Below, in pieces: positions 39,617 through 53,900 of a stretch of 64,000 bases of DNA. The stretch is taken from assembly GCA_051362555.1 (NCBI GenBank), contig CM120640.1, positions 44,990,788 through 45,054,787 on the forward strand, in the 5' to 3' direction. Below the pieces are notes generated by a model. The model did no database searches, was not told the DNA's origin, and saw nothing but the letters and a program-made list of their open reading frames with translations. The stretch comes from Lingula anatina (Eukaryota; Animalia; Brachiopoda). The position numbers and the translations under genes were made by a program. Within the stretch, counting starts at the first letter, position 1. The number at the start of each line of letters is the position of its first letter.

Positions 39617-41918
39617 GAAATGCAGACCTCTAAGGAAAAGGCAAATGTTGTGTCAGGATAGCTGGGAGTAAAATTAAGCAACAAGTAGAACACAGAACAA
39701 ATAAACAATAAAATTACATATTTATTGAAACCCAATTGTTAGCAGAAGTAATTTTACTTTTCATCTGATGTCATTTTCAACACAAAAGCCATAGAAACAA
39801 GGGAATGCCAATAAATGGACAAAAGATGTTTAATAAATAAGCATGTACCAGCAGCATTACCTTTTTCCAACCCGATGTCATGTGGATTTAAACAGGTTGA
39901 ATGAGGTTAAAGTAACTTGCCATATTTAGGAGGTGATGGTGTAAACACAGTATTAGTTACCTAGTTAAAAAAAAGTGTAGTTACCTAGTTAAAAAAAAGT
40001 GGTTTAACTCATGTTGGGTACAAATGTAAAACTTGAAGACAAATATTCCAAAGGACAAATGCCAACCTGTAAGGTTATAAATGAACCTCGTTTTAATTTT
40101 GTATGTGTAGGGTAAGAGACGTAAGATCAAGTTTTGTCAACAGATATGCACAAACCAAAGCAGCAGTTTGCATTTTTCCAGTATAATTATTTAACTTTAA
40201 AAAGTAACAGATAGAATAAAATCATAAGCCTATTTTAATAAATTAAAGATAAAGAACTTCATAGGCAGCAAGTCAGTTTATTTTTCTTCAAAGGCAGCTA
40301 AACAGTTTGAAGAATGTTATATTTGTATTTATGTAATAGAGATATAATCAGCACGTTAAACATGCTATACTATATATCTGAAAAATAGTTAAGAGCTTGA
40401 TCATAGTTCTTGTTCTAGAAATATATGGAAATTGCATGTACTTGCTCACAATTGTTAAGTTCTTAGAAATATTTCCGAGAATTATACTTGTATGTTTTAA
40501 TGAAATAAAATGTATACATAAAAATGTTTTATTTTTCGATTCCAAATGACTTTTCAATCAGAAACAAAAAATAATAATAAAATAAATTTTACATTGTAAA
40601 TTTATTGTGTACAAATTTCATTATGAAGAAAGTCAAGATTTTTAAACATGGTTACATCTCACTATTTTTCTTTTGTAATGTCATTTCAGAAATGGTGAGC
40701 AGAAATGCATTATAAAAATGTTTTATGAACAATTTGTACAGTTGATGGTCTACAGAGGCCAAATAAATCCAATTTGGTCAACTGTTAAAGGGGGCAACTT
40801 GCAGATCTTCAACCTCTGGATTTGACAGAAATCAAGAATTAAAGCTGGAGTCGATTCACATCTATTGCCACTTATGCTTTATTGAGTTGTGCGAGATACA
40901 AGCAGATAATGCTTAGGTATACACTGTGTGTATGCATACATACAAAATACCTGAATATGTCAAATGCTGTACCTTATTATGGTCTCTCGACATGGCACTA
41001 AATCACACTGTAAAACATAGATAAAATATACTCAGCATGTTACTTGAAGATAAAGAACTTGCAGTGTACATGCTTTAATGTTCTAAAAAATATAGATCCC
41101 ATTTGGGGAGAGAAAAAATAATCTTTAAACTGTGCAGATATTCCACTTAACACTCGCAATACCACCTAAGATGGAATATTGGATAAAAAAGGACATTCTA
41201 TCTGACAAAATATTTTTGTTTAATGCAAACCACTCTGAAAAAGGCTTTCACAATGACAGCCAAAAAAGTGCTTCCATTTTTAAATGATGAGAAGCTGAAT
41301 GATGCAATGAAAAAAGGGTTTAAGAGGTGAACATGTTATTGCCACTTTCATTACTTCTAAAATTCCACTAGCTACATTAAAGCTAACTGGAATTTAACTT
41401 ATTCCTAAACAAATGATTTTTGATTTTCTTCACTTTTGTTTTTTACTTTTTACAAAATGCTTCATGTTGTATTATAAGTCACCATGAATTTTTTGACAAA
41501 CGGCCAACATATTTTACACCCGACAAGGAGTATTTAGTTGTAGATGTTTTATGAAAGATTTAAAGTACTTTGCAGTTGTGACTCAAGTTTGCACCCTTTC
41601 AGTGATTTCCTGATTGTAAAGCATTTGAACTTTTCACAATGTTCTGCCCAAACCAAATGCAACCATGTAAATGCTCTCTGTAGCCATAATTTATAGAAGT
41701 TCATTACACTGGTCTTCAAAAGTTTGGTCTGTATATAAATGCTTACCAAATATTCTTGATGTACAAGTATAAAGGTCATAGCAAAAATTTGTTACCAAGA
41801 TGGTAATACATTCTTGGTCATATCTAAATATGCTTCAGTATAATTATCTATATATGAATATCTGTATATGTAAATAAAATTGAAGAAAGTTGCATTTGCT
41901 TCCAAGTCCCTGAGTCCT

Positions 41919-44900
41919 TCACAGCTGTTCTTTCTCATTCATTGATACCATAACCACACCATTGAAGGGTTTAGGGACAGAGTCCTCCAGCTTAGACCGC
42001 AGGCTGTTCCTGAAGCGCTAAAAAGCAAACAAAGGCATGTTTTAAGTTAACAGAAATTTAGGCTTTAACCATGTAAAATAATTTATGATCATTCTAAGTG
42101 ACATGTATCAAACCACACAGGATAACATGTATGTAATACACCACATGAAAGCCTGCCAACGACAAATTTGGAAAACAATATGCCCATTAACCAAACCAAT
42201 TTTCAGTTATGCAAACCCAGTCTCTGTCACTCAAGTCTTCTTCAATATATGTCTAGAAACATGGGGGCTGGAACCCATTTGCCCAATCATGAATACTTGG
42301 TGTGAGTGATGCCCACTCTACACAGTGAAAAGCATAACACATTTTAGCCAAAAGTGGGTTAAAAATTCTGTGAACCTAAGGAGGAACCCTAAAATTCACC
42401 GAATTTACATGGCATGTCTTAAGCACATGTGCCTAACACCTGTAGCAAGTATGCCCAGGGCCCCCCAAAAATGTTCACAAGATACATATATTTATCTGGC
42501 TAAATTATGTGCATGTTACTGTTCTGGGAGAATTTTGCAAAAAAAAATATATATATATATTTATTATATATATATATATATATATAATAAAATAAAATAA
42601 AAAGGAAAAAGTCAACAACCTCAAGTATATTTGGCTTACACAGTTCTGTTCTACTCACCTGCCAGAGTGTCTGTCCCTCTGCCTGGTACAGTGCATGTAT
42701 CATACCTCCAGGAATGCACAGGATAGATAAGAGAGCCACACCCCAGCCCAGCCCAATGGCCCAGTCTGGGTAGATGTAATTGCCATACGTGATAGGCTTG
42801 TACTTCACCCAGCCAAAGATCCAGATGGCCTTCAGGAAATATAAGAAAGTCTTTATGTGCATGTTATATTTAATATTGTATATTCTTGAAAAATCATAAC
42901 AACTATTATTACATTTCAATACAATATAAATATATACTTGTTACAGAAAAACATTTTTAAAAAAGCTTGTCCACTGTGAAGTTAACAAGTAGTTTTATCT
43001 TACATTATACCATTGATTGCCTCTGTCGTGGTATAATTGATTACCATTTTCTTTCATAAAGTTTTAACTGTAGCATCCTGGAAAAGGGTGTTTATTTTAA
43101 TATGTAATCAAGTCTATCAGCTTGCGCTTTACACTTGCTGACATAATTTGACTTTAAGCAAAAATGACTACGTAAGTGCACTACAAAACAAAGCGCACTA
43201 CAAACTGATGTTAACTTCTGACCAGGGGTTTCCCAAAGATTTGGGGTACAGGGTATCCAAAATGTGAATCTGTAATTTGGTTATCGGTTTACAGGGAGTC
43301 CAACCCAAACCAGCCAAACCAACCAACCCAAAAATCTTGTAAGCCATCCAGCCTCCTTTGGAAATATAGGCTGGCTTTTGAGGCCAGTGAACCTCCAAAT
43401 GATGACTGGAGGGCTCTCTGGGGATTGCCTTGCTTCTGACACATGACAAGTATGACCTGATATACTGACCAGAATAAGCAGCGGGGCAAACGACCACCAA
43501 CAAACTCTGAAGTACATGTACGGGTAGTTGCCAGTCATCTCCTTCACGTTTCTTGCAAGCCTGTTAGCCCCTGAAAGAATCAAAATAGTTTGTAACAGAT
43601 ATGTATGGACAGATTGCCAGTAATTTTGTCTTACTTTTTGCATTTCTGCATTTAGCTATTAACAGAAATTCATAATATATAAATATTTATACAAGTTACT
43701 AAGGTTTTTAGATTTGTATGTGTCCGTTAATGATCTTGAATACAATCGTTCCAATATTAAAATATCCCTTACTTAATTAAAAAAAACTGTCCTGAAATAA
43801 TTCCAAAAATTATTATAACATTAAAACATAACAGCAACATTTTCTGATTATTCCTATATACCATAAATCCATACTATGGCCACCACTTCGAAGAAGGCCA
43901 GGTACATGAGTGAAATTCCCGCAGCATATGCATCCACTAAGCGGAAGAAATAAATGCCTCCCTGGAGAAGTTTAAATCATGGCATAATAGAAATACTCAA
44001 CAAAGCATTCAGCATCTTTTTTTTACAAGCAGAACATGTATACATGAATGCTGAATGTCTCTACTGGATTGAAAGGCTCTTAGCCTTGTTTTGAATGTGC
44101 CAATAAGCACAGGGGATGGGTAAAGTCAGGAAATTTCTATCTTTATCAAAACATCATGGGAAAGTAAGTACATGCAGTAGTAACAGCTTACATAGAGCAG
44201 GTAAAATCCAATTCTGTAAATATTGTTAGTTTTTGAATCAAGTTCCCTCAGTACACACCAGGTTATAATTAGTTTAAAGATTTTAAAAATATTTATTAAC
44301 AATCTGATGATGATTTCTAACCAGAGGCATCAAAGCTAATTTTTATTTTGATATGATTTGTGTAATGCTGTTAGGTTGGTTTCCTTTGCCAATGGTTAAA
44401 AATATACGTACATCTCATGATCTGTTATGTTAAACTGTTAATTAAGTGCCCTTAGAAGAGGTATTCCAGCTAATTACAAAATTTAAAGTTGTTACAGCTC
44501 AATGTGGGTAACTTTTAATGTTGCATAACATATGCAGCAAGTGGAGATGGAGGAAGACCCAGTTTATTTTACCTGAAGTTACTTAAAGGCCCCATTCCCA
44601 TAAACATTATGGAAATTAAACAGAATGGAATGAGATAATGTATCTTCTTGCTGGTACACTAACCAGTGATACAGTGATGTAGTCCTCAGATTAGGTTTTA
44701 CAAAATGTTTTGGGACTCATTCAAACTGTCATTCCACATAGATTGATTCAACTCCATGGTGACTTTGGCTGAATGCAATCACTTTAACAGATAAACACAC
44801 CTACTCCTGGCTTTAAGAAAAAGAAACAGAAGAAACAGAAAAAGCTGGTAATTATCAGGGACGGATTGAGGCTGTCTTCTGGGTCTTCCGGAAGACGGTC

Positions 44901-47900
44901 AGAATTTTAAGTTTACATTGACGGGTATCAAATTTTTTTTCTGTCGGAAGATGGTCAAAAATGGAGGATGGATCAACAAAGATAATATGGAAAACTGTCA
45001 GAAAATATCTCAGGATCCGCCCCTGATTATACAAGTACTTTGGTAACAAGAGGAGGGGTGTCATTCATTTAAGCTGATTTTACTCAGCAAGAGTCCCCAC
45101 AGAGTTGAATAAATCTATGTCGACTGATGGCGTCTATGGGAATGGGGTCTACTTTTGAGAGAGGACAACTGGCTGTTTACCAAGGTGATCAGTAATATTT
45201 AAAAAAAATGCTAGTTTAAGTACATTAGCAAGATATGACTTGTTTAATGGAAAATCAAAAAATAACCATGTTACAAAAATATTTTACAACAGAAAAAAAG
45301 CTGGCTTTTACACAGTATAAGATGTAACATTGAATGGTGTTAGTAAAGTAAATTTCCAGCCAGGTAAGCTAAAAATGCATAATAAATGTGTGAATCCTTT
45401 GCAAACAGAGAAGACAAAAACAAAAAGCTGGTGTTTATCTTTTTTTTTTTAATGTTAACCACTTTAATGTTTTTTGTGCAAAGGCCAAGGTTGACATCTT
45501 CACCTTAGGTGTCTGACACATAAAATGTATTTAGCCAAGGAAATACATGCATCAGATAACAATTACTGTACTTCTTAGCACAAACTAACCTGTGTTATGT
45601 AAATCAATCCAATCAGGAAAGAAATCACACAAACAACCAAAACCAGGAGTTCTTTCCTTCGTAGGAAACGGTAGATGAATCGTCCAAAGTGGTCCTCCAG
45701 GCTAGTGATGATCACTTCCACCATAGCAAACTAAAAAAAAAAAAAAAATTGAACAATTTTCCAACGTAACATAACAATGATAATGTTTATTCTAGTGACT
45801 AAAATTAGGATTTTGTAAATTTTTAAAGAGTGATAAAAACAACTTAAACACATTATGACAATAAAACATATAAAAGAAGATTTTCACTCAGTCATGAGGT
45901 GAGAAACCCACTCTCTTTAAAATTCTTATAAAATGTATCCTCTGGCTAGCTTTTGTGTAGACATTCTACATTACTGAATAATAATCAATCATGATATTCT
46001 TATTTACATAATCTACTTTAAATGTCATGGCTTATTACTCACAACAAGTAGAAACAAATATTAAATGAAGGAGTCTGATCACTAATCAATCATACATAAT
46101 ACTAAAGCAAATAAATTGGCATTGTTGTTCAGCAATTCTGCACGTATTGAAAAAAAAATCTAGTCTACAAGTAGTCTCAATGCTTACATCTACAAACACT
46201 CAAACAAAGATGACTAAGCTTACCTACAGTGTTTTCAAACTTAAATATTATGATTGTCAGGTAATCACACTTAGACATTAAGTTTTTTTCTAATTTGCCA
46301 CCCTACCTGGCTGTCAATTCCCAGACACATCAACATGAAGAAGAAAAGAGCAGCCCATAGTTGGGATATGGGCATGTTCACTAGAGCTGCTGGGTAGGTG
46401 ACAAACACAAGGCCTGGACCTGGAATTCATATCATTAACTTTGATATATACATATCACAGCTTTGTCTAATGCAAATAATCACAAAAAAATCATGATACA
46501 CCCAGTATATTGTACACACATAGAAGATCAACATGCAGAATACGTCAGCTCAAGGTGAGAGAGCTGACTGCATTGCACAGATCGCTCTTACAGTTTTAGA
46601 GGCATGTTTTCATTAATTTTTTAACCAACTGATTCAGACCCCATTCAGAATGGATGATCCGAGGACTTACTGATCTGTTGACTCAATATGGTTGACCACA
46701 GTTCAAAAGCGATGCCGCTGATTCCTGCGCGTGTGGAGTCTGGGAGACCATCAGGAATCAGTGGCATCGCTTTTGAACTGTGGTCGGCCATATTTAGAAG
46801 GTGGATCAGTAGGTAATCAGATCATCCATTCTGAATGGGGCCTCAGTCTTATTTTCTAGTTTATCAAAAGGTTAGCTGTCATCAAAATGTAAACAAAATG
46901 TAAACAAACATCAGCTATGAGATTATTATTTGCACAGATTAAATTTAGCTATGCATCTTGGAACTTTATTTTAAAAAGCAATCTATTAAAAATATGACGC
47001 TTTACCTTCTGGTGTTGCATTTATTACACCAGCAATTAAAAATAATCACAGAACTGATCAAGTTCAATTGTGAAGTGGGTACAATTCATAAGGTTTACCT
47101 TTGTTTACCTATATCTTAGGTATAAATAAAAAATAAACCACCACTCTCACCCTGTGTTACCACATCCTCCACCTCCTTGCCTTGAGTGTGTGCAATGTGA
47201 CCAAGGATGGAAAATATAACAAATCCTGCAAATATGGAGGTTGCTGCATTGAGAAGTGACACTGACATCACATCTCTGAAAAAAAAAGCAAAACTTGACA
47301 AAATTATTCAAACTGGCACCTGCATACAGGCCTGTAGCCAGGGGAGGGGGGTGTGGGAGGGTTTGAAAAGGCCTGTACTAGGTACATGAAGATTTCTGGT
47401 TAAAGGTTTACTTTTTTAGAAAAATACCCCCCCCCCCCCCCATGAAATTGCAGGCTATGGGGGCCTGTGCATATCGGAAATAACAGTAAAAGAACAAAGG
47501 ACACTCATCCTCAAATTACCGCCTGACTAGACAGCTCTCCCGGATCCTGTCAATCCACCTTAGACAGTTTCAAGCATGTATATGTTACGTTATGTTATTG
47601 GCCTTTTCCACACTGTGTAAAAACAGAAAATGTGTAAAGAAGTGCTTGAGACAGAACAACAAAACTAGCCTATGATATTTCTATCAAATTTAAAAAAAAA
47701 TAATACAATTTTTTTAACATACGGGAAGATTCTGTTGTTGAATTTGTTGTAGCTGGAGAAGGCAATGAGTGATCCAAAAGCAATGCCAATGGAGTTGAAG
47801 TTTTGTGCAGCTGCATTCACCCAAACCTGCAAGAAAAAATGTACACTGATTATTATATATTATAACATAAATGTGCAAGGACATGTCTTAGTCAAATACA

Positions 47901-50900
47901 AGTAATAGTAATAGCACTATGATAACAACTGTTCGTAAGTTATCCATATTTCACAATAAATGCATTGTAAACAGCTAATAGAAATGTAAAAAATTCCACT
48001 TTACCACCAAAAATGGTGGTTAACACAATTATTCTGGAATTTGTGCCTGTCATCACATCACCTGACCTCCATAGATGGCAACACTCTGTAATAATCTCTT
48101 AAGAATATTACAGAAAACCAAACTTTTTAGGAAAAAAAAAACAGGGACTAACTTTGAATGTGGGAATGGATTCATTAACCATTGGTACATGTAAGTATGG
48201 GAAAATTGTCCCAGGAAAATCCTTTTTTTTTTGGCCAAAATGAACAGTTGTTATCCCTTTAACTGGACTTTGTATCTGGAAAATTAATCTATTTAATGTA
48301 TTTTCAAATAATTGATATATGTGTCATATTCCTGTATTCAGTGAAGCAATTATAATTACTTAATATACTTCCTTTCCTTTTTGGAATATTTTGCTGCTAA
48401 GAGAAATATTACTGTCATGCAATTCAGGTTACAAAATAGTTGTCCAAAAATTTGTACAGGGTGAAATCCAGTTCATCTTCCATGTATAGAAAATTGATTC
48501 AGTTTAACAGCAGTTCAGACACCAGCATTCCTTTGTCATATAACCATTTATGATGTTTGCTTCAAACACAATAAGAACACACCTACCCTCACATGTCAAC
48601 TTTCTGTATCAGGTATCTGATAACAAATAGCATAAATGGAGCATAACAGACCCATTTTATATCCATGGTTGTGGGCAGTACAACATGGACCTGTATTTAT
48701 TCTCCTTTGAATTCAAGTCAGATTATTTTCAGGAGATGACATTTTACTAAGGAAAATAATTTCTGACCTTCATCTTACAGAACAAGTACCATTTTAAAAA
48801 GCTTTATCCATAGGTTCCAACATAAGGAAACATTAATTAATTTTATGATATCTTCTCTATTGGGCATATAGTCATATCAAAATGCAATTGGTGTTCTGTT
48901 ATAAAAAAGGGAAAAAGTTTTGCAAGACAGGGCATTTACTTGATATTGTTTTGCTCTGAAGTTGTGTGACAGATATCCTAATCATTTTCACACGTTTGAA
49001 AACACTCCAACAAAACATCACACGAAAAAAGAATAACTATCTCAAAGGGCAACACTAGTACACACATGTTAATGGTTCGAATTAAATTATGTGAAAGTTT
49101 GTAGTAAAAAAAAAAACAACTGTCTACTCTGCTTAGTTCCCAACCTTGGCAAGTAGGTTCACAGCACTGTTTGAAAACATACATTAATAAGTTGTATAGT
49201 TGGGCTTGAAAATACTTTTCTTGCAGGCAATAATCATAAGCAGAATATTTGCATAATTATGTCCTCTTTCTGGTACTTCAATATTATAATTATTTACATA
49301 TTTTGAATGTTGCTTATTTTGACTATTACATTTTTCAATACTTGTAGTTTTGTGCTACTGATGAAAACTTCAATTTCTGAGTTGAAGCTAAATCTCTATT
49401 CATAATTCCTGAATACGTATTTTTTAGGTATTGCAAAATAATTTTTTGGGAAACAAAAAATTTATTTTAGTTTGAATTTATCAGAAATTACCATTCCAAC
49501 TGCTGGTCAACTTAAAAGTCTTTAAAACCATTTTTAGCCTTTGTTATGTCATAAGCACAAAATAACAGTACTGCAATTTTGGTTAATTTTGCAATACAAC
49601 AGTAATTTTGATATTGTCATCCTCTCAAACTTAACTCAGCAGGATGTACAATCATCTATAATACCCCATAAGTATACATAAGCTATAAATCATGAGCAAT
49701 TTGGTGCAATAAACATGGCAAAGTGTAATAAAAATCCTACCGCAGGATCCAGAAGCAGTTCCCATTTTGGATAAATGAAGAAAGAAATGCCTTTATAAGA
49801 TCCAGGCAGTGTGATTCCTCTGCCAAACAGGACTATCAGAACCACATAAGGAAATGTGGCAGTGAAGTACACTACCTGGAAGAGAAAATAATTATGAAAT
49901 TATAAAAAAAAAAAGTTTTTCAAAACTGCTAGGCTATGTAACATAAACAATATCCTTCTGCCCTGGGGTTAGTGAAAACAGCAATAGAGGTGAATAAAAT
50001 AAGGAATTTTGCTTTCAATAATCACTGTCAAACTGCCATTTTTGTACAACATGTAAGGTGTCAATTACGTATGCCAAGCTGTAAGCTATTTATTTTTTTA
50101 CCATAAGCTTCTTATCTAATGTGTACGTGTACAGTGTCAGTTGTTTCACATGTCACAACTGCCATTTGAATGACAACAAGCTCTCCTCAGGGTTATGACT
50201 TCTACTGAGAGACGAGAGTGTAGCTGCCTCCCTCCCCTAGGATCATGGTATGATCTATATCAAGGACATGTTTCTGGCTACCCCCCCCCCCCCCCCCGAG
50301 AATCAGTACCATATGGTACTTGAATACAAAGCTTAATGCCTGCATCTGTGAGCAGACCTTAGTTGTCAATTAATGAAAAACATGTCCATGCATATATTCT
50401 TTACATTCCTACATGTAGATACAATGGCAGTTTCTAATACCATACACAATACAGTTCACAGGATGTTAAGACCTGTCCAGGCATTTGCACTGGGGTTCAC
50501 ATTTGTACAATTCCCCAAAGGTCGATTGAGCAACAACACCAATTCATATGAATACAATAGTAAAGATGGTAAACATTACATGTTAATAAGCACAGAAAAT
50601 ATAACATTTTTCTTAGATAAATGAATAACCTGTTTTCTCATATTCATATTCTTTATGTATATATTATCTGCAAAGGTTAGACAAACAACAGCCTCAAATA
50701 TCATCACCCATGTGTCATTGAACTTTATATAAACTTAGATAAAACTATCATACAATAATTTACCTTGCCAGTTGATTTGACACCCTTCCATATGCAGAAA
50801 TACACTGCTACCCATGAGATGAATAGTGGAATCAGAAGCTGCCATCTTATACTCCCAACCACATCTATCCCACTGGTCTGTTCCAGCACATTGTTGCTTG

Positions 50901-53900
50901 AAAAAAAAAAACACAATACATCTATAAATGCTTATTCCCTATGTGGGCGCTAGCTTATTCAAAGCAGATCCAGATAGCAAAGAGTGCACTTGCCCCATCC
51001 TGCCCTACTAAACTCCTTTTTTATTTGCATCCATACAAGTTAAGTGAAGCAAGGAATTAGAGATCTAATTCTTTGGGTGAGGTCACATAGTTTTTCAGTC
51101 TCTATCATTGTATTTTCATATATATTTTTTTCTTAAGGAATTTTTATACCAGCAATAATGTCTGACCATTAAGAATATACATGCAAACAACTAATTGTCA
51201 CTAATGTATGGCTGGCACTGGATCACACTGCTTGCCCTGACAGATGACATTTACTCAACTCACAGTACTCTACTCGGATGACTAAGCAGGTTTTCAAAAC
51301 CCTTTCTGCATGAAAGTCTGACCAGCACTACAGATTATATGGATTCTTTCACATTACAAAAGCAAAAAATCTATAACATTAATCTTTCATGATCAATCAA
51401 CACAAATCCTATATGGCATACTTATAGAACTCTTCCGATGGAGACACACTATCATTAGGCCTTAGTAAAGTGGCATTGGGGGAATAGTCATCCCAGCATT
51501 TGTCGGAGTTCCATGTATGGTTGCAGGTGGCCCAAGGGAGCTCTGTCTGGAAACACTGGACAAAGTAGTAGCCAGCCCAGGCTATGATCACATTGTAGTA
51601 CGTACACAATAGGTACGAGATGACCACAGTAGCCAGTCCAGCTCCTTATAATTAACACAGAAATGAATTTATGATTACATATTAATAGGAAATATCTGAA
51701 GGCACTGTTAATTTATTGATTGCGTATTGAATTTAGTTAAATTCAGATCAATGGCAAGAAAAAGGCAAAGAAGTTAAAGAAGACTGAAGATGAAAGTTTA
51801 GATTTGAAAAATAGAAATTACGGGGGCTCTTGCTGAATGTTAGTTAATCTGATTACATTCAGCCAGAGCCCCCACACAGTAAGATCGATCTATATGCAGA
51901 GTGATAGTTTCATTGGGACCACACCCTTACAGATCCATCTTTTGTAAACAATTTTATATTTTGCTTGACAAAACCATACAAATGAAATTCACTATATAGT
52001 TATCAATTAATCTGTATGTAAAATGTTTGTAATATCACATTAAAACAGTGATATTTTTTCCAAGTTTATTCAATTCATACGAGCATGACATCACAGACAT
52101 TATTCTGTTTGAGAACTCCTAGACTCATTGATATAAATACAATCTTCATGATAAGTATAAGGAGTCCTGGATATATTATATCAAAATTACTAGCATACTT
52201 AATACTATGTATCAATATGCCAAAGCAGTATAGCACATTGATGCAAAGGAAGTAAGACACAGAAATCAAAATACTAGTGTGTGTATGTGTGTATGTGTGT
52301 GTGTGTGTGTAGACACATACATTGTCTGTATATAAAACCCTGTATTTCATTTGCAATTGACCTTTTCTTCAACAAGAAACATCCTGATCTATTTCCTTCA
52401 CAAGTACCTACCTTTAAACAAGGGACATAACTTCTCCAGTGCTCCAATGGGTCCCAGTCTGGTATACTGGCCCACAGCCATCTCCATATACAGAAGAGGG
52501 ATACCACATAGGAACAGCATAATGAAATAGGGGATAAGGAAAGCGCCTGGAATAAAATACATTAAAGTTATGCATTGTTAGGGGAGGTGGCCAAAACAGT
52601 ATGTGGTTAAACTTTTGACCCTCAGTTTTAATACTCTCTCAGTAACCTTGTCCCGTGTGTGTTCATGTGCATGCTTTTTTTTTTTTTTTTTTTTGGGGGG
52701 GGGGATCTATCCTGCCTAGGCCTTCATTCCATCACAGTCAGATATGTGAAAATAATACAATGTTCTTTACAACTCTTTGTTAATATTTAGATGCACATTT
52801 ATCAAGTGCACTGCATGTTTTTTATGGTCTGAATTCCTCCACTGACCTGTACAGAATGTACAGAAAATATCACCTGTGGGCACACACTTAACAGTGTATC
52901 TACTGGTACTGATCAATGCTAAGGAAATTAATATATAGTGAACAGTCACATAGAATTAATTTTGTAGTCATGCTAAATGAGACTTTTGACATTCAATGAC
53001 CTTTTAACACAGGTACAGAGAAGGATAACTTTGAAATTATATATCTTCCACACTGACTGTTTCACATTACAGTAATTGGAAAAAATTCTGCATAATTTAT
53101 TAGTACTTGTTAGTTGTATATAATACACAAAGTAATATACATGACTTTAAGAACTCAATCAAGGTTAATAAATTCTCCCTATGTTGAATATGTTTGAATA
53201 TGTCAGTCTTTCGTCCTTACAGTGTTAATATTTTGTTATCCTTCTTCCCAACAAAGGATTATGAGAACAATAAACTGTACATTACTTTCGCTTACTTATG
53301 ATAATTTCTATCAACTGCATTATGTAATTTACATGTTTGTGAACTTGAACTAAATAAAGAACCATTCATTGTTCAAAAGGATCTGTTTTCTAAAACGAAA
53401 AGGTGATGGCCCTTTGCTAAAAAAACTTGTCTCTCATTACACTAATGACAAGACAATTTTTTTTATAAAAAAATCAACTTAAAAAGTAGTTATAGTTTAT
53501 ATTTTACAACTGTAAACAGGATGCCCTAACTACAGCCACAACCACCACATGCAAATGTAAGCCTAAAGATGAAATATATTTGTCTTCCCCTGCTTACTTT
53601 AAAGTTTTCTCTATACTTTCCTATCAATGACAGGGGCGGATTTAGGCCGTCTTCTGGGTCTTCCGGAAGACGGTCAGATTTTAAAGTTTACATTGACGGG
53701 TATCTAATATTTTCTGTCGGAAGACGGTCAAAAATGGAGGATGGATTAACAAAAATAATTTGGAAGACTGTCAGAAAATATTTCTGGATCCACCCCTGAA
53801 TGAGCCACAGTAGGCCTATCTATTTATTAGTAAGATGTGGAGAAAACTATAAGTATGGAGAGAAGAACAAAATAATGAAGGGGCAAATCCGTGAAAATCA

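Noticed and set aside
39954-40001. 24 bp tandem duplication in the GTPase 3' region
   Set aside because: An ordinary slippage duplication with no sign of function.
41840-41921. Readthrough or selenocysteine at the SLC6 TGA stop
   Set aside because: The protein is already full length, there is no readthrough context, and I could not recognise a SECIS element.
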